Below, piece by piece: positions 44,575-58,325 of a stretch of DNA of 64,000 nt; within the stretch, counting starts at the first letter, position 1, and each line of letters begins with the position of its first letter. Source of the stretch: Dimorphilus gyrociliatus. Taxonomy: Eukaryota > Animalia > Annelida. The notes under the pieces are model-generated. The model made no database searches. It was not told where the DNA came from and saw only the letters and a program-made list of their open reading frames with translations. The stretch is taken from positions 62,001 through 126,000 of the forward strand of contig CAJFCJ010000006.1 in the NCBI GenBank assembly GCA_904063045.1, written 5' to 3'. Made by a program: the position numbers and the translations under genes.

Positions 44575-46814
44575 ATGCTTCTAGACGTAAGTAATTTCTT
44601 AAATACAAGATATGAGTGCAATAAAAATCTTTTTCATAGTTGAAACAAGCTATTAATGTCTTTAAAAATCTTTCTAACCGGCCGGTTCCGACTCTTGCTC
44701 GATTTCTCGATACTTCCCCAATAACCATTGCTTCCAAATGGAATATTCTAGATGTTGAACATACTAAAAAAGTACATTTTGAACAAACGTTCTTCAGTAC
44801 TCAAGAAAATAGCTTTATAAGTTCACCGCCAACGGAAGTTGACTATACTTCACGCGTTTATTCTCCATCAAGTAAACAAAGCGCGCTCTTATTAAACAAA
44901 AAAGTTTCTGGCGAAGATGAGCAAAGCTTCGAAATTTGGAATGAAATTGGACTAAAAAAAGTCTATAATGTAAAGAAATTTGATCACGGTAAAGTTCATC
45001 CACCTTCAGCCTATATTGGTAGTATAAGATTCTCTCCTGATGGGAAACATATCTTATACATTGCTGAGAAAAAGCAAAAAGAAGAAAAAAATCCATATGT
45101 TGATAATGAAGATGATAAAAGCAGAAAAAACTTCGAATTTCAGGAATCATTCGGAGAACAAATGGGTTCTTTTAAGCAAACAGTTTTGTGTATCTTAAAT
45201 ATAGAGACTGGGGAATGCAAAATTGTTGATGTTCTTCCATCAGCAGTCACAATAGGAATAGCAGAGTGGAATTTAGATAATAAAAGTGTAATTTGTATTG
45301 CATGGAAAACCCTACCTTATAAATTAGGTTTGATATATTGCCCTATGAGATGCAATTGCGTTTATTCTATAAATCTTGATGAAAATCGAGCCGATCTGTT
45401 GTTTGAAGATGAAAATTTGTGCACGCTTTTTCCCAGAATCACTAAAGAAAAGATTTATTGTCTCCAATCTAAAACTGGAGGCGAACACTGCCGTACGGCC
45501 CGCCTAGCTGAGATTGATATCAAGTCAAAAAGTTTAAGAGTTATTGTTGATGTTGTTGATCAACCACATAACAACGGCTTTCCCGGTCTTTCTCCCTATG
45601 TCGTTCCTCCTTCAAGATGTTTCTCAAAAAATGGCGATCAGTTACATTTATCATCACTTTGGGGTTGTGATGAAGCTCTTTTATCAATTAATTTACAAAC
45701 ACGCTCGGTTAAGCGAATCCCAGCCCCGGAAGGCTTCTCTTCTGTCAGCGTTCTCGATGTACGGGATGACGTCTTACTATGTATTTGTTCAGCTATGAAT
45801 CAAATCCCGGTTTTGGGAATTTGTAGAGTAGAAGATAATGAATGGTCACTGATAAATCCTCCTAAACCCCTAAATTTTACTGTAGAGCGTAAAACATTTA
45901 AAGCTAAATTCGAAGGAAAAAGTTTTGCTCCTAAAGAATTTAACGGCTTACTCGTAAAGCCAGAAAATTTTGACTCGAAAAGTACTCCCTTAATTCTTTC
46001 CAATCATGGAGGTCCTCATAGTTGCTTCACTACCGCGTACAGAGAAGTTACGGCGGCCTTGGCTATTTCGGGATTTGGTGTGCTAGAAGTTAATTATCGG
46101 GGATCTCTGGGTCAAGGAGAGAATTCTATTCGTAGTTTGCCTGGTTTATGCGGAAAACAGGACGTTCTTGACATTAAACAGGCTTTGGATGAAGTCTTGA
46201 AGGAAGACGGTTTCAATAAAGAAAAGCTGTTGGTAATGGGTGGATCTCATGGAGGCTTCTTAACAGTTCACTTAATAGGCCAATTTCCTGATTTGTTTAA
46301 AGCAGCCATTTGCCGTAATCCAGTTATAAACATCGCCAGTAAGTAATTCCTAATAAAAGCCAAAAAGCTATGCACTTAAATCATAATATTTACAAAATTG
46401 TTTACCAGCTATGGTTCATTCATCTGACATTCCTGATTGGACCTTTATCGAAACGGGATACGAAAGATTTGATTTTAAAAATTTAGGAGATCCAGAAGTT
46501 TATAAAAAAATGTTTGAGTGTTCTCCGATTAAGTACGTCGATAATATTCGAACGCCTCTGTTAATCGCATTAGGAGAGAAGGATAGACGCGTTCCCTGGC
46601 GACAAGGTCATGAGCTGCGAAGATCTTTATTGGCCAGAGGCGCTTGCGTCAAGTAATCTTAAATCTATCAATCCTATATTATTTATAACAACTAATTGCT
46701 TGTTTCAGAACTCTTGTTTACCCTGATGACTGTCATCCTTTAGACTCTGCTGACGCTCAATGTGATAGTTTTGTACAATTTTACGATTGGTTTTATCAGC
46801 ATTTACAATCGTAA
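44575..46814 (+). CDS. APEH: Acylamino-acid-releasing enzyme (S9C peptidase), 4 exons
   Basis: HGGPHS, VNYRGSLGQG, GGSHGG (Ser), RNPVINIA, SSDIPDW, KDRRVP (Asp), DCHPL (His); micro-exon ATGCTTCTAGAC followed by GTAAGT at 44575. Confidence 0.92.
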
Positions 46815-48210
46815 TCCGAAGCGTAATTGAAAACAAATGTAACTTGATTTAGCACTTAAGTTTGAATTCTTTTTCCAGATTTTCTTAATACCTTTTTTTC
46901 TGAAAATATATACTATAATTGATTTTCGTCAATACAGTTTCACAGTTGGATTCTTGCTATATCTTGCATTGTTCCAGAAACTCTTAAATAGTAGTTTTAT
47001 TAATATTTCCCTTCGGTTTATCAAATTGTTATCTTCAATATTAGTTCAACTGGTAAGGCAAACCAACTGACCTCTTAATGCTATTTATTCGTTTTAATCT
47101 AATGGGTCATAGAGGTTAGGAAAATATGCTGCGTAAGTAGTATATACTGTATATATATTTTAGGATATACTTTATATATAAATATACAGTATATACTGTA
47201 TATACTGTATATCATAAGTATACACGTATATAAATAGTTTTTGAGGGCGTTGAAACGTTAAGAGAATTTGCAGCACAGTATTTTTCTTACTCCGAACAGT
47301 AATACATATATAACCATCGTAATTCCTTGACCTATTTTGAAATGTACTTAATGTAACTAAGACGTACGTAAAACTTTACGATAAAAAAAATAACCAGAAT
47401 ACTTCTTTTTTAGCATAGAGATAAACTGGTAAACTACTCCAGTAAACTTAAAAACCATTCCCTTTTCACTAGAAAAATCATAAACAAGTTAGAATAAATG
47501 AAAATTAACAACGATTTTCCCTAAACCTTTCATTCATATCCACATGTTAGGTATTAAGGCAAAAAAAGACATTTTTTTTCAGAGCACTTGCTGCACTTTC
47601 CTTTTCATGTTTACGTTTGAGGAAGGTAATCTCTCCTTTGATAAGCAATATCGATTCTTGTACATCTTTTGCCATTTATTATAATGGTAATATTCTTGTT
47701 ATATACTACCTGCGTCTACTCTCGTTTGTTGATTCATTATTAATAAAATCATTATATGATCTTAGCCATATCTTACTTTGAACTTTAAAAACATAATATC
47801 AAGAGCTTAATGGTGGACGCCAGACGTCACCTCCACTCGTATTTTTTATGCAATCGTGAACATATTAATTCATAATTTGCTTTTAGTCAGCGGTAGTGTT
47901 AAATGGGAAGTGGATTCTGCAAATCTTCTGTAGATGGGAATTTAAAATATGGGAAATTTACAGAAAATAACCTAAATAATTATTCATCTGGAAATGGAAC
48001 ATCTCATCACTTAATTTCCATTGGAAACACAAACAATCAGCCTGGTCTTGAAAACAAATCTGGTAAGAAGATATAGAACTGATTATGTATAAAATCTTCT
48101 AAACTTAATGATATCTTAACAAATTTTATAATTAATTTCATTTGTATTCCAGACACGGAAGCGTGTGAGTATGATTTAACTTAGTAGAGGTAGAGATAGG
48201 TAGAAAAAAT

Positions 48211-48222
48211 TGCGCATGCGTA
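48211..48222. promoter_or_regulatory. NRF1-like site TGCGCATGCGTA, candidate alternative TrxR promoter
   Basis: One mismatch to YGCGCAYGCGCR; followed downstream by a donor GTAG|GTAAGT at 48510. Confidence 0.45.
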
Positions 48223-48800
48223 TGGCCTGTGTAAATTTTCACCTATGAGGCTAATTACCTAAAACAGAAGTCTCATTGAAAACCACTTACTCTAAAATTA
48301 TCTCTCAACTAAAGATACATAATTTAAACCAATAAAACTATCAATGGCGTCATATTTAGTATAGACTTTATTATATATAGACGTATAAATATGTGATGAC
48401 CTTGTATAACTTTCAATACAAAGATTGAAAAAGTTAAAATAGACTCTATAAAGAGATTATTACACGTTTTACAATACAAATTCAGATATAAATCAAACGA
48501 CTAATTGTAGGTAAGTTATCAAAATCTAACTTCGAAAAACATGAAAGAATTGTGAGAAGCTGTTATACAGTGGATAAAACCAATTAATTTAAGCAATTTA
48601 TTCTTTCCTTACGCAACTTTTGTAGAACGTGCCTTGTTAAGAACATTTTACCTGAGATTTCTCTACATCGTCACAGTCGTATCGATTACCTTTTTTGATG
48701 CTTTTGCGCACACACACACTCTCTCTCTCTCGCTTTGCTTTGCTTACTTTATACATAATATAATATATTAGCATTTGATATGTTTATTCATTATTTATAG

Positions 48801-50287
48801 CTCCGTTGGAAAAAACGACCCAAGAAGACTTTCAGTATGATATAGTCGTCATTGGGGGAGGGTCAGGAGGTCTTGCATGTGCAAAGGAAGCAGCCACTTT
48901 CTCTGCCAGAGTTGCTTGCCTAGATTTCGTTGATCCCTCTCCTAGAGGATCAGTTTGGGGACTTGGTGGGACATGTGTAAATGTTGGTTGTATTCCCAAA
49001 AAATTAATGCACACAGCGGCTTTATTGAAAGATAAAGTTAAGGATTCTGAGAAATTTGGTTGGTTGTTCGAAAATGGTTCTATCACTGGTCACGATTGGA
49101 AAATTTTAAGACAAAGTGTTCAAAATTACGTTTCCTCTTTAAATTGGGGATATAAAAAGGCGCTAAAAGACAAGGGAGTCAAATACATAAATGCTAAAGC
49201 AACTTTTATTGACAAACATACAATTGAAGCGACGAAAAAAAATGGAAACAAGGAAAAAATTACGTCGAAAAAGTTTGTTTTAGCAACAGGAGGGAGACCA
49301 ACCTATCCAGACTTCCCTGGAAATGAATTTTGCATTACTAGCGATGATCTCTTTTCTCTAAAGAAATGTCCTGGAAAAACTCTGGTAATCGGAGGTTCGT
49401 ACGTGGCTTTGGAGTGTGCAGGATTTTTAGCTGGTCTGGGCTTAGACGTCACTATTTATATAAGATCCATACTATTGAGAGGTTTCGACCAACAGATGGC
49501 CGAGCTGATAGGTGCCTACATGAAAAATCACGGTGTGAAATTTCGACGACCATGCATACCCAAAAAAGTGGAACAATTAAAAGATGGAAATTTAAAGGTT
49601 TTTGCATTTAGTGAAGATGAAGAAATTATAGAAACCTTTGAGACTGTATTTGTCGCTGTTGGAAGAGCCCCCTGCACATCAAATATAGGTTTAGAAAAAG
49701 CAAATGTCCGCCTTCAACCTAAAACAGGCCATGTTTTGGTTGACAATAGGGAGCAAACTAATGTAGAAAGCATCTATGCCATAGGCGATATATGCTACAA
49801 TAAACCCGAACTAACTCCAGTAGCCATTCAGGCAGGTAAAATGCTGGCTCGACGTCTCTTTGCAAATTCTAAAGAAGTTGTAGATTATGATAATGTACCT
49901 ACTACGGTTTTTGCACCACTTGAATACGGATGCATAGGGCTTGCTGAAGAGGACGCAATAGTAAAATTTGGGGAAGATGATATCGAAGTCTATCATCAAT
50001 ATTTTGAACCTTTAGAGTGGACGGTTGCAGAGAGAGATAAGAAATATTGCTATGCCAAACTGATATGCCAAAAATCAAAAAACCAAAAGGTCGTAGGGTT
50101 ACATATAACAGGACCAAACGCAGGTGAGGTTACTCAAGGGTGGACGATTGGTATGAGAATGGGAGCAACGAAAACAGACTTTGAAGAGACGTTAGGTATA
50201 CATCCTACATGCTCTGAAGTGTTCACAACCTTATATATAACAAAAAGATCCGAAAAGAATCCTGCAGTAACAGGTTGTTGAGGTTAA
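48801..50287 (+). CDS. TXNRD: Thioredoxin reductase, selenoprotein (main coding exon; N-terminal exon(s) upstream)
   Basis: GGGSGG FAD motif, CVNVGC redox centre, IHPT. The ORF-track stop TGA (50279-50281) is followed by GGT TAA, giving the C-terminal GCUG motif. Phase-1 acceptor at 48800/48801. Confidence 0.96.
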
Positions 50288-50382
50288 TACCGCTATTCAG
50301 GTTTGTCCTGTATAGCGGTCTAAATATTCTCCCTCTATCCCCCGCTAGTGACTTAAAGCAATGGCGTCTATTAGTTTTCATA

Positions 50383-50445
50383 GATGCCTCTTATGACAGA
50401 CTTTTCCCAAAACCGAAAAAATCGGCGGGATAAAGCTTGATGCGT
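50383..50445 (+). promoter_or_regulatory. SECIS element (form 2) in the TrxR 3' UTR
   Basis: ATGA at 50393, stem CAGACTTTTCCC / GGGATAAAGCT, apical AAAA, mini-hairpin CCGA-AAAAA-TCGG, 3' TGAT quartet and lower stem GATGC/GCGTT. Confidence 0.9.
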
Positions 50446-51399
50446 TGTTTTAAGTTGAGCTCTTCACTTGTAGATTAGATTATATTCCCTCTAACTATGC
50501 ACCTAATAATACTTCATTAACCCTTTTATCATATCTTTCATTATTTCCTCTCTCTATAATGAATTCGCTTGAAAGATTTGTTAAAGTATTTACGATATGT
50601 AAATATAGCAAAGTGAGTGTATATACAATATACGTTTACGTGTTAAAGCTATAAATATTGTATATTTAAATATATATTTTTCACATAATATAACTCTTCT
50701 CCCTAATTAATTATTAATTGTGTGAAGAAAAGCCGATTGCATAAATCTATTACGTATTTTACTTGTAAAATTCTCAGAAATAAAGGAGAATAAATACACT
50801 ATAGCTAAGTAAACAAAGTTAGTATTATTTTGTAAATACAAGTGAAATTAAGAGTTATAATAACAATTTCGTGGTAAAATACTAAGAAATAAGGTATTAT
50901 GGATAATATTTTACATTAATTAGGAATATGCTATAAACTACAAGTAGTAGGGGGAAGGAAATAAAGAAGTATAATGAATAATTAATAGAACTTTGTTCGA
51001 AAATTGCCACAAGATGGCGAGGAAGAAAGAGAAGAAAATTAGTCTTATAGAAGTAAAAGGACGTATATAAAAAAAAAAAATTCCGCATTTATTCAGGTGT
51101 TAATGAATACTGTTGAAAAAAAATAAAATTCTTGAATGATCCAGGCAAATATCGTGCTCTCATGCTCTTAGTACGTGTTTAATGTATTTAGAGATTTATA
51201 AAAATATTACTTTTTCCTTTCGCAGCGTTCAATCTCATATAATACACTGTATACGTTTTATGTTAAGTGTAAATATACAGACGGAACTGTGCTCGAATGT
51301 TTCATTAATTACTTTTTTTTGTTTTTTTTCACTATCTAATGATTAAACAACGGAGAAAATCAGAACAAATGTGTTATTGATTACAAACAAGATAGCTTT

Positions 51400-53976
51400 T
51401 CACTTGCCCAATCCGAGGAGAGCGTAAGCAGGATCTATAGAATATCTTCTTTGAAAGTGAATATATCTTGGATAGGGTCTTTTGTATGCCCTCTTCGCTA
51501 AATCGTTATCCTCCAAATCCTCTAGAATCTTTCTCTTTATTAACTCCAAGTATCCATCTTCCTCCACTACACTACGCCTATCTCTCCTTTTGCCAAATCC
51601 GGCGAATTTCATGGCCGCGTCCATTCTTTTACCAAAGCCAGCAAATTTCATAGCTGCGTCCATTCGCTTACCGAATCCAGCAAATTTCATGGCTGGGTCC
51701 ATACGTTTTCCAAAACCAGCAAATTTCATGGCTGGATCCATTTTTTTACCGAAACCACTTAACTTCATTGCCGGGTCCAAACGTTTCCCAAAAGCCATAA
51801 AGCGCATGGCCGAATCCATTCTTTTTTCCGTATCCTTAAAAGGACTTTCGAGATCGCTTTTTTTTTCTAAGAAAAAAAGAAATCAAGTTGTACTTGAAGT
51901 CGAATATACATAAGAATATTGGGCTAATCATCGTCTAACAAGAGCTTAAGTCTTAGTATGGAAATATTCAATCTGCTTTCCATACTCAAGACACTACCCT
52001 GAAGCTAGTAACTATAAGAGCAAATCAGCATTAGTACTTTAATTCGAAACTAAGTTTGAATGAATATCTTTGTATAAGTCATCTAAGTACAGAAAATACG
52101 GAAGCTTTCAAGTGTGAAATTTTAATTGTCTTGATGTAGAATCAGTAACAAGAATCAAGGTTGTTTTTTTTTTTTAGGTTGCTAAAAATAATATCAAAAA
52201 TCGGCTTCGTGTCTCGTAATAATCAACTTAGCGAACAATTTTACAGGGAGCTCGCAAGAGTGTGTCATTATCCAAGAAGATGTATGAACGTGCCGGCAAA
52301 CTCAATATTTACTCCCCTCAGGTGTTCATTATTTAGCGATTAAGTTAAATTGATTAACATCGAAAAAATTGTAATAAATAGTCTATGACTTTTCGAAGAA
52401 GTCTTAAAATATAAAAACACTATGTTAATTTATTCTATCTATTGTATTACAGTATTTTTGAAAGTAAATACCTAAGTCAAATACGCTGAAATTAAATTTT
52501 CTCTTTTCAGTTTCAAAGTGAAAAATCTAAACACTTAATTAAAAAAGAAAATGAACAATTAGAAGGGACGATCTCCCAGAGCTTCTTCATCTCCCTAATC
52601 GTACTCATCTACGTTAAAATGAGCCTCCTTAGTTCAGACAGTCTCTCCCATAGGTATTCATTTGTCCGTGCCTCTCCATGCATTCCGCAAGATCGTTGGT
52701 GCGTTTTAAGTCAATTAGTAAATGACAAAAGACTTTCGAGTGTGGGCGTAATTGAATAGATTAAATCATACTGAATAAGAAAGAGAAGGTCACGCTTTCG
52801 TAAATTTTTACTCTTTCCAATTAATTTTGGTAGAAAAAAATAAATAAACTTCCTAACACGCTATAACGAAGTGGTGTGATTATGATTGAAAATTACACTC
52901 TTCTTTCTTCCATAATGTAACTGCGACAACAAAATTTATGATTTATATAATTTTTACCAGAGTAAGATAAAACACTCCAATTAAATTTTACCAATAGCTA
53001 ATATAAACTTACTTAACACACTTCTGTAAAACACTCTTAAACAGCGACCCTTTCTAGATTGATAAATAGTGTAAGCGACACTTTTTGGTAGGAAAATAAC
53101 GAGAAAATGATTACACTTAAATCAGTAAGCGATGTGTAATTTCCTAACAAGTACAACGAGTATTCTTTAGTTTAAACTACAGGTAGAGTTCACGTACTGC
53201 ACCTTTTACAAAAAAAATAATAGATTAAAAAACATTGAAGAGGGAGAGAAAGACTGGAGGGGGAGGGGAGGGAGTTTAAAAAAAAAGAAAAGAAAGACAT
53301 TTTAAAGATACATGCACAGATAAATGGATAGAGATTAATAGATAGATAGAGAGAAAGAAAGAAAGAAGAATGTAAGTTTGTATTTAAACGCCTACGTAAT
53401 ATCATAGTTTTAATACAAAATTACAAAATTTCATTTTTAGTTAAAATTAAAAATGTGCTTATTGAAAACGAAACAACATTAGAACATGGATGTAAAAGTT
53501 TACAATTTGAAAAAGAATTATGTTCCTATTGATATGTTCGAGCGTTGATTAAGTTATGATAAATTTTCGATATTAGCTAATATACTTTTGTCTATCTTTT
53601 GATAAAAAATTCTTAAGAATGTGGAGGAAAGTAATCGATGACCGCCTGACTCCAACCGACTATTTACAACGGCTAAACAAAGCTTATTGACAAGAAATAA
53701 TAGGCAATTATCGAAAATATACTACATAGGGGAACCGAATTACCGAGTTAACGTGTTTATTTTTATTCGGGCATACTGTATAAGGACCCCATATATTCTA
53801 ATAGGTGTTAACTCTCTTACCCATTATATTAGATATAAAAGCACTTGAAAGTGAGTTCATTCGGTAAACTTTGGCAAAATTTTTTATGTAGAAATCTATG
53901 TTCTCTTACCTTCGGCCAATACTGCTGATACTGTCAGACAAAAGCTGATAAAGGCTATTCTCATAGCCGAGCACAT
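51400..53976 (-). CDS. Neuropeptide precursor, allatostatin-A/buccalin-like (exons 53976-53910, 51866-51400; about 177 aa)
   Basis: Signal exon MCSAMRIAFISFCLTVSAVLAE (phase 1, GTAAG donor) joins an exon with six 13-aa repeats ending GKR/GKK and a final YSIDPAYALLGL-GK. Confidence 0.88.
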
Positions 53977-54936
53977 GCCTATTTGGTCAATCTGTAGAAG
54001 AAAAAGTTTTTAGAAGAATATTTTTTTAAAGTTTCAAATATTTAACTTTGATATAGAAAAAAAGTGCTGTTTATATAGATTAGCTGTAGCGCGCCTAAAT
54101 AGGAAAATAAGAGTGAATTTCACTAAATATCACCTCTAAATTTCCGGTGCTTACTGGTGTCATGTAAACGCTAAGTCTTTCCTAATTCTTATTGTTTAAA
54201 ATTGGTATCAAGTTTGCCGTTATCCCAACCGGAAAAAATTCTCATTATATTGACTATACGGTTGGCTTGAAACGATAAAAAATCCGATAGTCGATATTCA
54301 TGAAGCGTCGATTTTTGAGGACGTCTTAAAAATCCTACCGGATGTATAAAACGTGCTGTCGTTCCGTACTTAATGTCGCTTCATTAGATGCCCTAGAAGC
54401 TACCGCAAAGGTTTTAAGAAAGTTAAAGATGAAAAACTACGAAACATACTCAGTCAAAGCTATTATCTATTAATATTGTTTGCCGGAAAACAAATTCATT
54501 CTCTACCTATTGTTCTTGTAAAAAACTTAACAGTTGTTTGCGTGATCATTTAATTTCTAGGGTAGTTTTGTCGTTTGTTATCTTTACAAGAAGATGCCGT
54601 GGGGAGACGCCAAAAGAATATTGGTACAGCTGTAGGCGTTCTCAGACAGATCAACGGCTGTCATTCAAATTCAAATAGCGTTGCATAGACCGTTAAAAAA
54701 GTTAATGATGTATACCAATAGCGGTTTTTTGCCACAAAAAAGAAAGAGAGCAATGCTAATAGAGACATACACACGATGAACCACCAAAACTATTGCTTTT
54801 CATAGATGTAAATACTAAGGAAATGTTAGTTGATACACAATAATAAAAAAGTTAAGCGGTTTCTAGAAAACGAAATGCTTAAGTACAACTGAAGAAAAAT
54901 TTGCCATTTAATATAATAGGAACAGGTTCTACTCAC

Positions 54937-55017
54937 CTCCGTGCCAAACCGGCAGCAATCGAGTGCAAAGGCGTTCGAAGCAAGTGCGCGACGCAGTTGT
55001 AGAAATTTATGACGTCA
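54937..55017 (-). promoter_or_regulatory. Neuropeptide promoter: palindromic CRE (TGACGTCA, 55010-55017), adjacent CATAAAT TATA-like box and non-coding first exon
   Basis: The minus strand reads TGACGTCATAAATTT, then a GC-rich stretch ending in the donor GGAG|GTGAGT near 54937. Confidence 0.55.
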
Positions 55018-56366
55018 ACCTACAGTCATCCAATGAACGAACTGGAAAATTGTTATTGCAAAATCAAAGTATCTTCAAACCAGACAATTTATAGGGGCCA
55101 AACTCGTAAATGAAGTAAAGTTTTGTTCTTTATATAGGACTTATTTGAAAAACTGTACCACTTACTGTATTAATATCACCTCATCATAAATTTCTCTTAT
55201 TTATTTACCATCCAATAATACCTTCCTTTATTTTATCATCAGCCATAAAATGGAACAGTTCTTAATAATGGGTTATCATTACTTTTTTGCTTAGTAAACT
55301 TTTCTAGGAAGATTTATTTGTTGTATTATCCTAGGCGCCATCTGTCCCCAAACGCCTATCTCAATTTTAAAATCCATCAGTCAACGAATGTCTAAAACAA
55401 ATTGTTCCATACTTTTTGATCACTCCATCTCTTTTCCTGGAAAATATTTCATTATCTATAGTCCGAGTCCTCCAATTACTAAAACAGAAAAGAAAAATCT
55501 TTATATTGCTCCTAATCTTTCGCTTATTTTTATGTAAAAATGTATTTTCCGAGTATTTATTACTAAGACAACTTTTGATTTTTTATGTTTGGTATTTAAA
55601 AGAAATATTATAATACAGGTCAAATTGATATTTAAGTTCATTGGCTTTCTGAGACAATTACAGTTTTTTCCCTATACTATTGATTGTTGAATTTTGCCTA
55701 CTAAGGGGAAATTTCGCGATCTGATATCAAGTTTAATTCGTAGTTAATTTTGCTACACATTTCCTGAAACTTGTTAATATTGTAATATATAATTTGTTTA
55801 ACACATGTCTGAAAATTAGCAAGCCAATTTAAAACAAATATAAAGTGACAAATGATGGAAAGGAAAACATTAGATGTATTATCGCTCGGCTTAAAAATTA
55901 CTTATACTATTGAGCTTTATTATTAAAAATACACAGATGTACATAATATAGATCTAGCTAACAATCATTTCTAGGAAGCTATTTCCTAATACTTTATAAT
56001 TAGAAATAAAATAATAAAGGATAACGTCTTAAGAAACACGGTGAAAATATGAAATATCTTTTTCGCCGACTACAGACTGACTAAAATAAGGATATAACGG
56101 CTCTGATAGAAACTTTCTCCGTACGTTTCTCTGAAAGCCTGATACATACGATCTGACATTTACATCATACTTGGACAGCTTAATTTTATAAAATAGAAGT
56201 ATATGACGAGCTATTATTTCGTTCTAAATAACTAAAACCCGGGCTTCAGTCAGACCAGAACTCAACCAAGAATAGGCCAAAATCTATCATTCGATTTTAT
56301 TCTATTATCACTCAGCGATAAAATAATATTTTAGTTAGAACGAATAACACTTGATCGAAGAAAATA

Positions 56367-58325
56367 ATGCACTTTTTGCGAAAATGTTCAATATTATTTC
56401 GTAATAGTATGTATTTACAAAAGAGATCTTTAACAACAATAAAGTCATGGAGTTTCGATACTGATCCTTTCGGATCCCTAAGTTTGTTTAGTAAGAGATT
56501 CGCTGATGTTTATATAAGGACTTTAGATCCTCAAGCTTTTCCGCAAATGAACAAAGTTTTTATCGATGTTGTATCCGCTAATGATATGAAAGAACTGAAA
56601 AACCGAGAACTCGATTTAAATGTATCTATGAATAGCAAATTCCGGCTGAACATATCGACCGAAAGTGAAATGGAAGACAATTTTAAGATATTAATACGAA
56701 TGCCAATAAAATTCGGTTAGTCCACATTATATAGTCATAAGAATTAATTAATCTTATTAATATATCATTCTTTCTTAATGAATATATGACTTATTTTATA
56801 TAGAAATTGAGGCGTCAATTTGTGGAAATAAAAAAATTGAAATAGCTGATATAGAAAATTACTTAGTTCAGGTTACAACAGAAGATGGAGATTGCCTACT
56901 AAAAAATATAAAAGTATCTAAATATATCATTAAAATATAATTATCATATTTGTATTGTATGTTATATTTTTAGACAGCCGATTTGAGCTTATCCAGTATT
57001 CGGGGTAACATCCATTGTTTTGGAAGCTTATTAGCAGCATCAAAGATTCAGACAAAAAGTGGTGTAAGTCAACATGCATATAACTAAGACCTAATACCAT
57101 TTAATTCTATAATAGGATGTAACTATAGGGAAATGCTTGGGTCCTCAACTAAACATTAAAGGAGAAACGGGAAAAATTTCTATTAGTTCTCTCTATTCAG
57201 AAAAATCTTCAATCAATTCACAGAGTGGTGACATTCAAATTAAACATTGTCACAAAGATTGTTCTATTACTAGTAAGGGGGGCTCGATCCAAATTGGTAT
57301 GTGTTTCTGACGTCATATAATCATGCTAATATATATATATATATATACTGTATATTACATTTAATATATAAAAGTAATATAAAAACTTAGAGGTAATCAA
57401 TTAAACGAAGAAGTACTTGTAGTAATTTATAAAAAATTGACCTTAAGTAACAAAACTCTTCTCACTATACGATATATCAATATAAAAGTACATTATAAAA
57501 ATAGCCTTTAATAGGATTAAAATTTTCAATAAATTATAAACGATCTCTAAATAATTAATTGAAATATAATTTTTGTTTCCTCAGGTTGCCTCTCCGGAAA
57601 CTTAAAATGTAAATCAGAAGGCGGAAATTTAGATTTATACGTAGAGAATACGACAGAGAGCGAATTAGCTCTTGTTGGGGGTCAGTTTTTGATTGTTATA
57701 GTTTGCTTCAGCCTAATTTCTCTTAGAAACTAAATAGATTTTGCCTTCAGGATTGAGCTTGTGATCGCTGATTTTATAAAAATATACTTTCCTTTCTTCC
57801 TATGACATTTCTTCTAAAAACACAGTTTGACTGATGAATTCATTAGCCCTTAAATACGCAGCATATTTATCTTGTGATCATGAGCTATTATTTAAATTTC
57901 AGAGTGATTTCGAATCAAATAGCTCTCTTGTAAACCTTGCTAATATGTGTATAATACAACTATTTAAGCCAACAACCTCTTTTATGTTTACCTAACTCTA
58001 ACAACAATTCTATCCTTTTCCAGGGCATGCTAACCTAAAATTATCTGAAAAATTAAAGTCGATATTGGATCTCGAGGCAAAAGACATCAACATGACCGAA
58101 AATATTCCCTTCATACCTCTAGAGCAGAATGTCTCCCACCCTAAAGTTGTAGGAGTAATCACTGATGAAGAGAATATAAAAGATGATCATTTTGTTCCTA
58201 AGGACGTAAAAATACCGAAGAGTATTATTAAAGCACACTCGGCCTCAGGAACTATTTCAGTTTCTATTCAAAATTGGTTTCAGTCTTTGCAATTGAGTAT
58301 GCTAGAGAAGAAACAAGACGATTGA
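56367..58325 (+). CDS. FAM185A: FAM185A-like (DUF4097 repeat) protein, multi-exon, with mitochondrial-presequence-like N-terminus
   Basis: TIKSWSFDTDPFGSL, IRTLDPQAFP, PIKFG, repeated TEDGD/SGDI/GGSI motifs and C-terminal GTISVSIQNWFQSLQL match FAM185A as I recall it. Confidence 0.8.

Noticed and set aside
51482-51913. 143-aa repetitive plus-strand ORF
   Set aside because: Antisense shadow of the neuropeptide repeats; the 39-nt repeats are coding and are not a CRISPR array (no unique spacers, no cas genes).
52560-52790. GC-richer block with a strong minus-strand acceptor in the neuropeptide intron
   Set aside because: Immediate stop in the required phase; no support for a coding exon.
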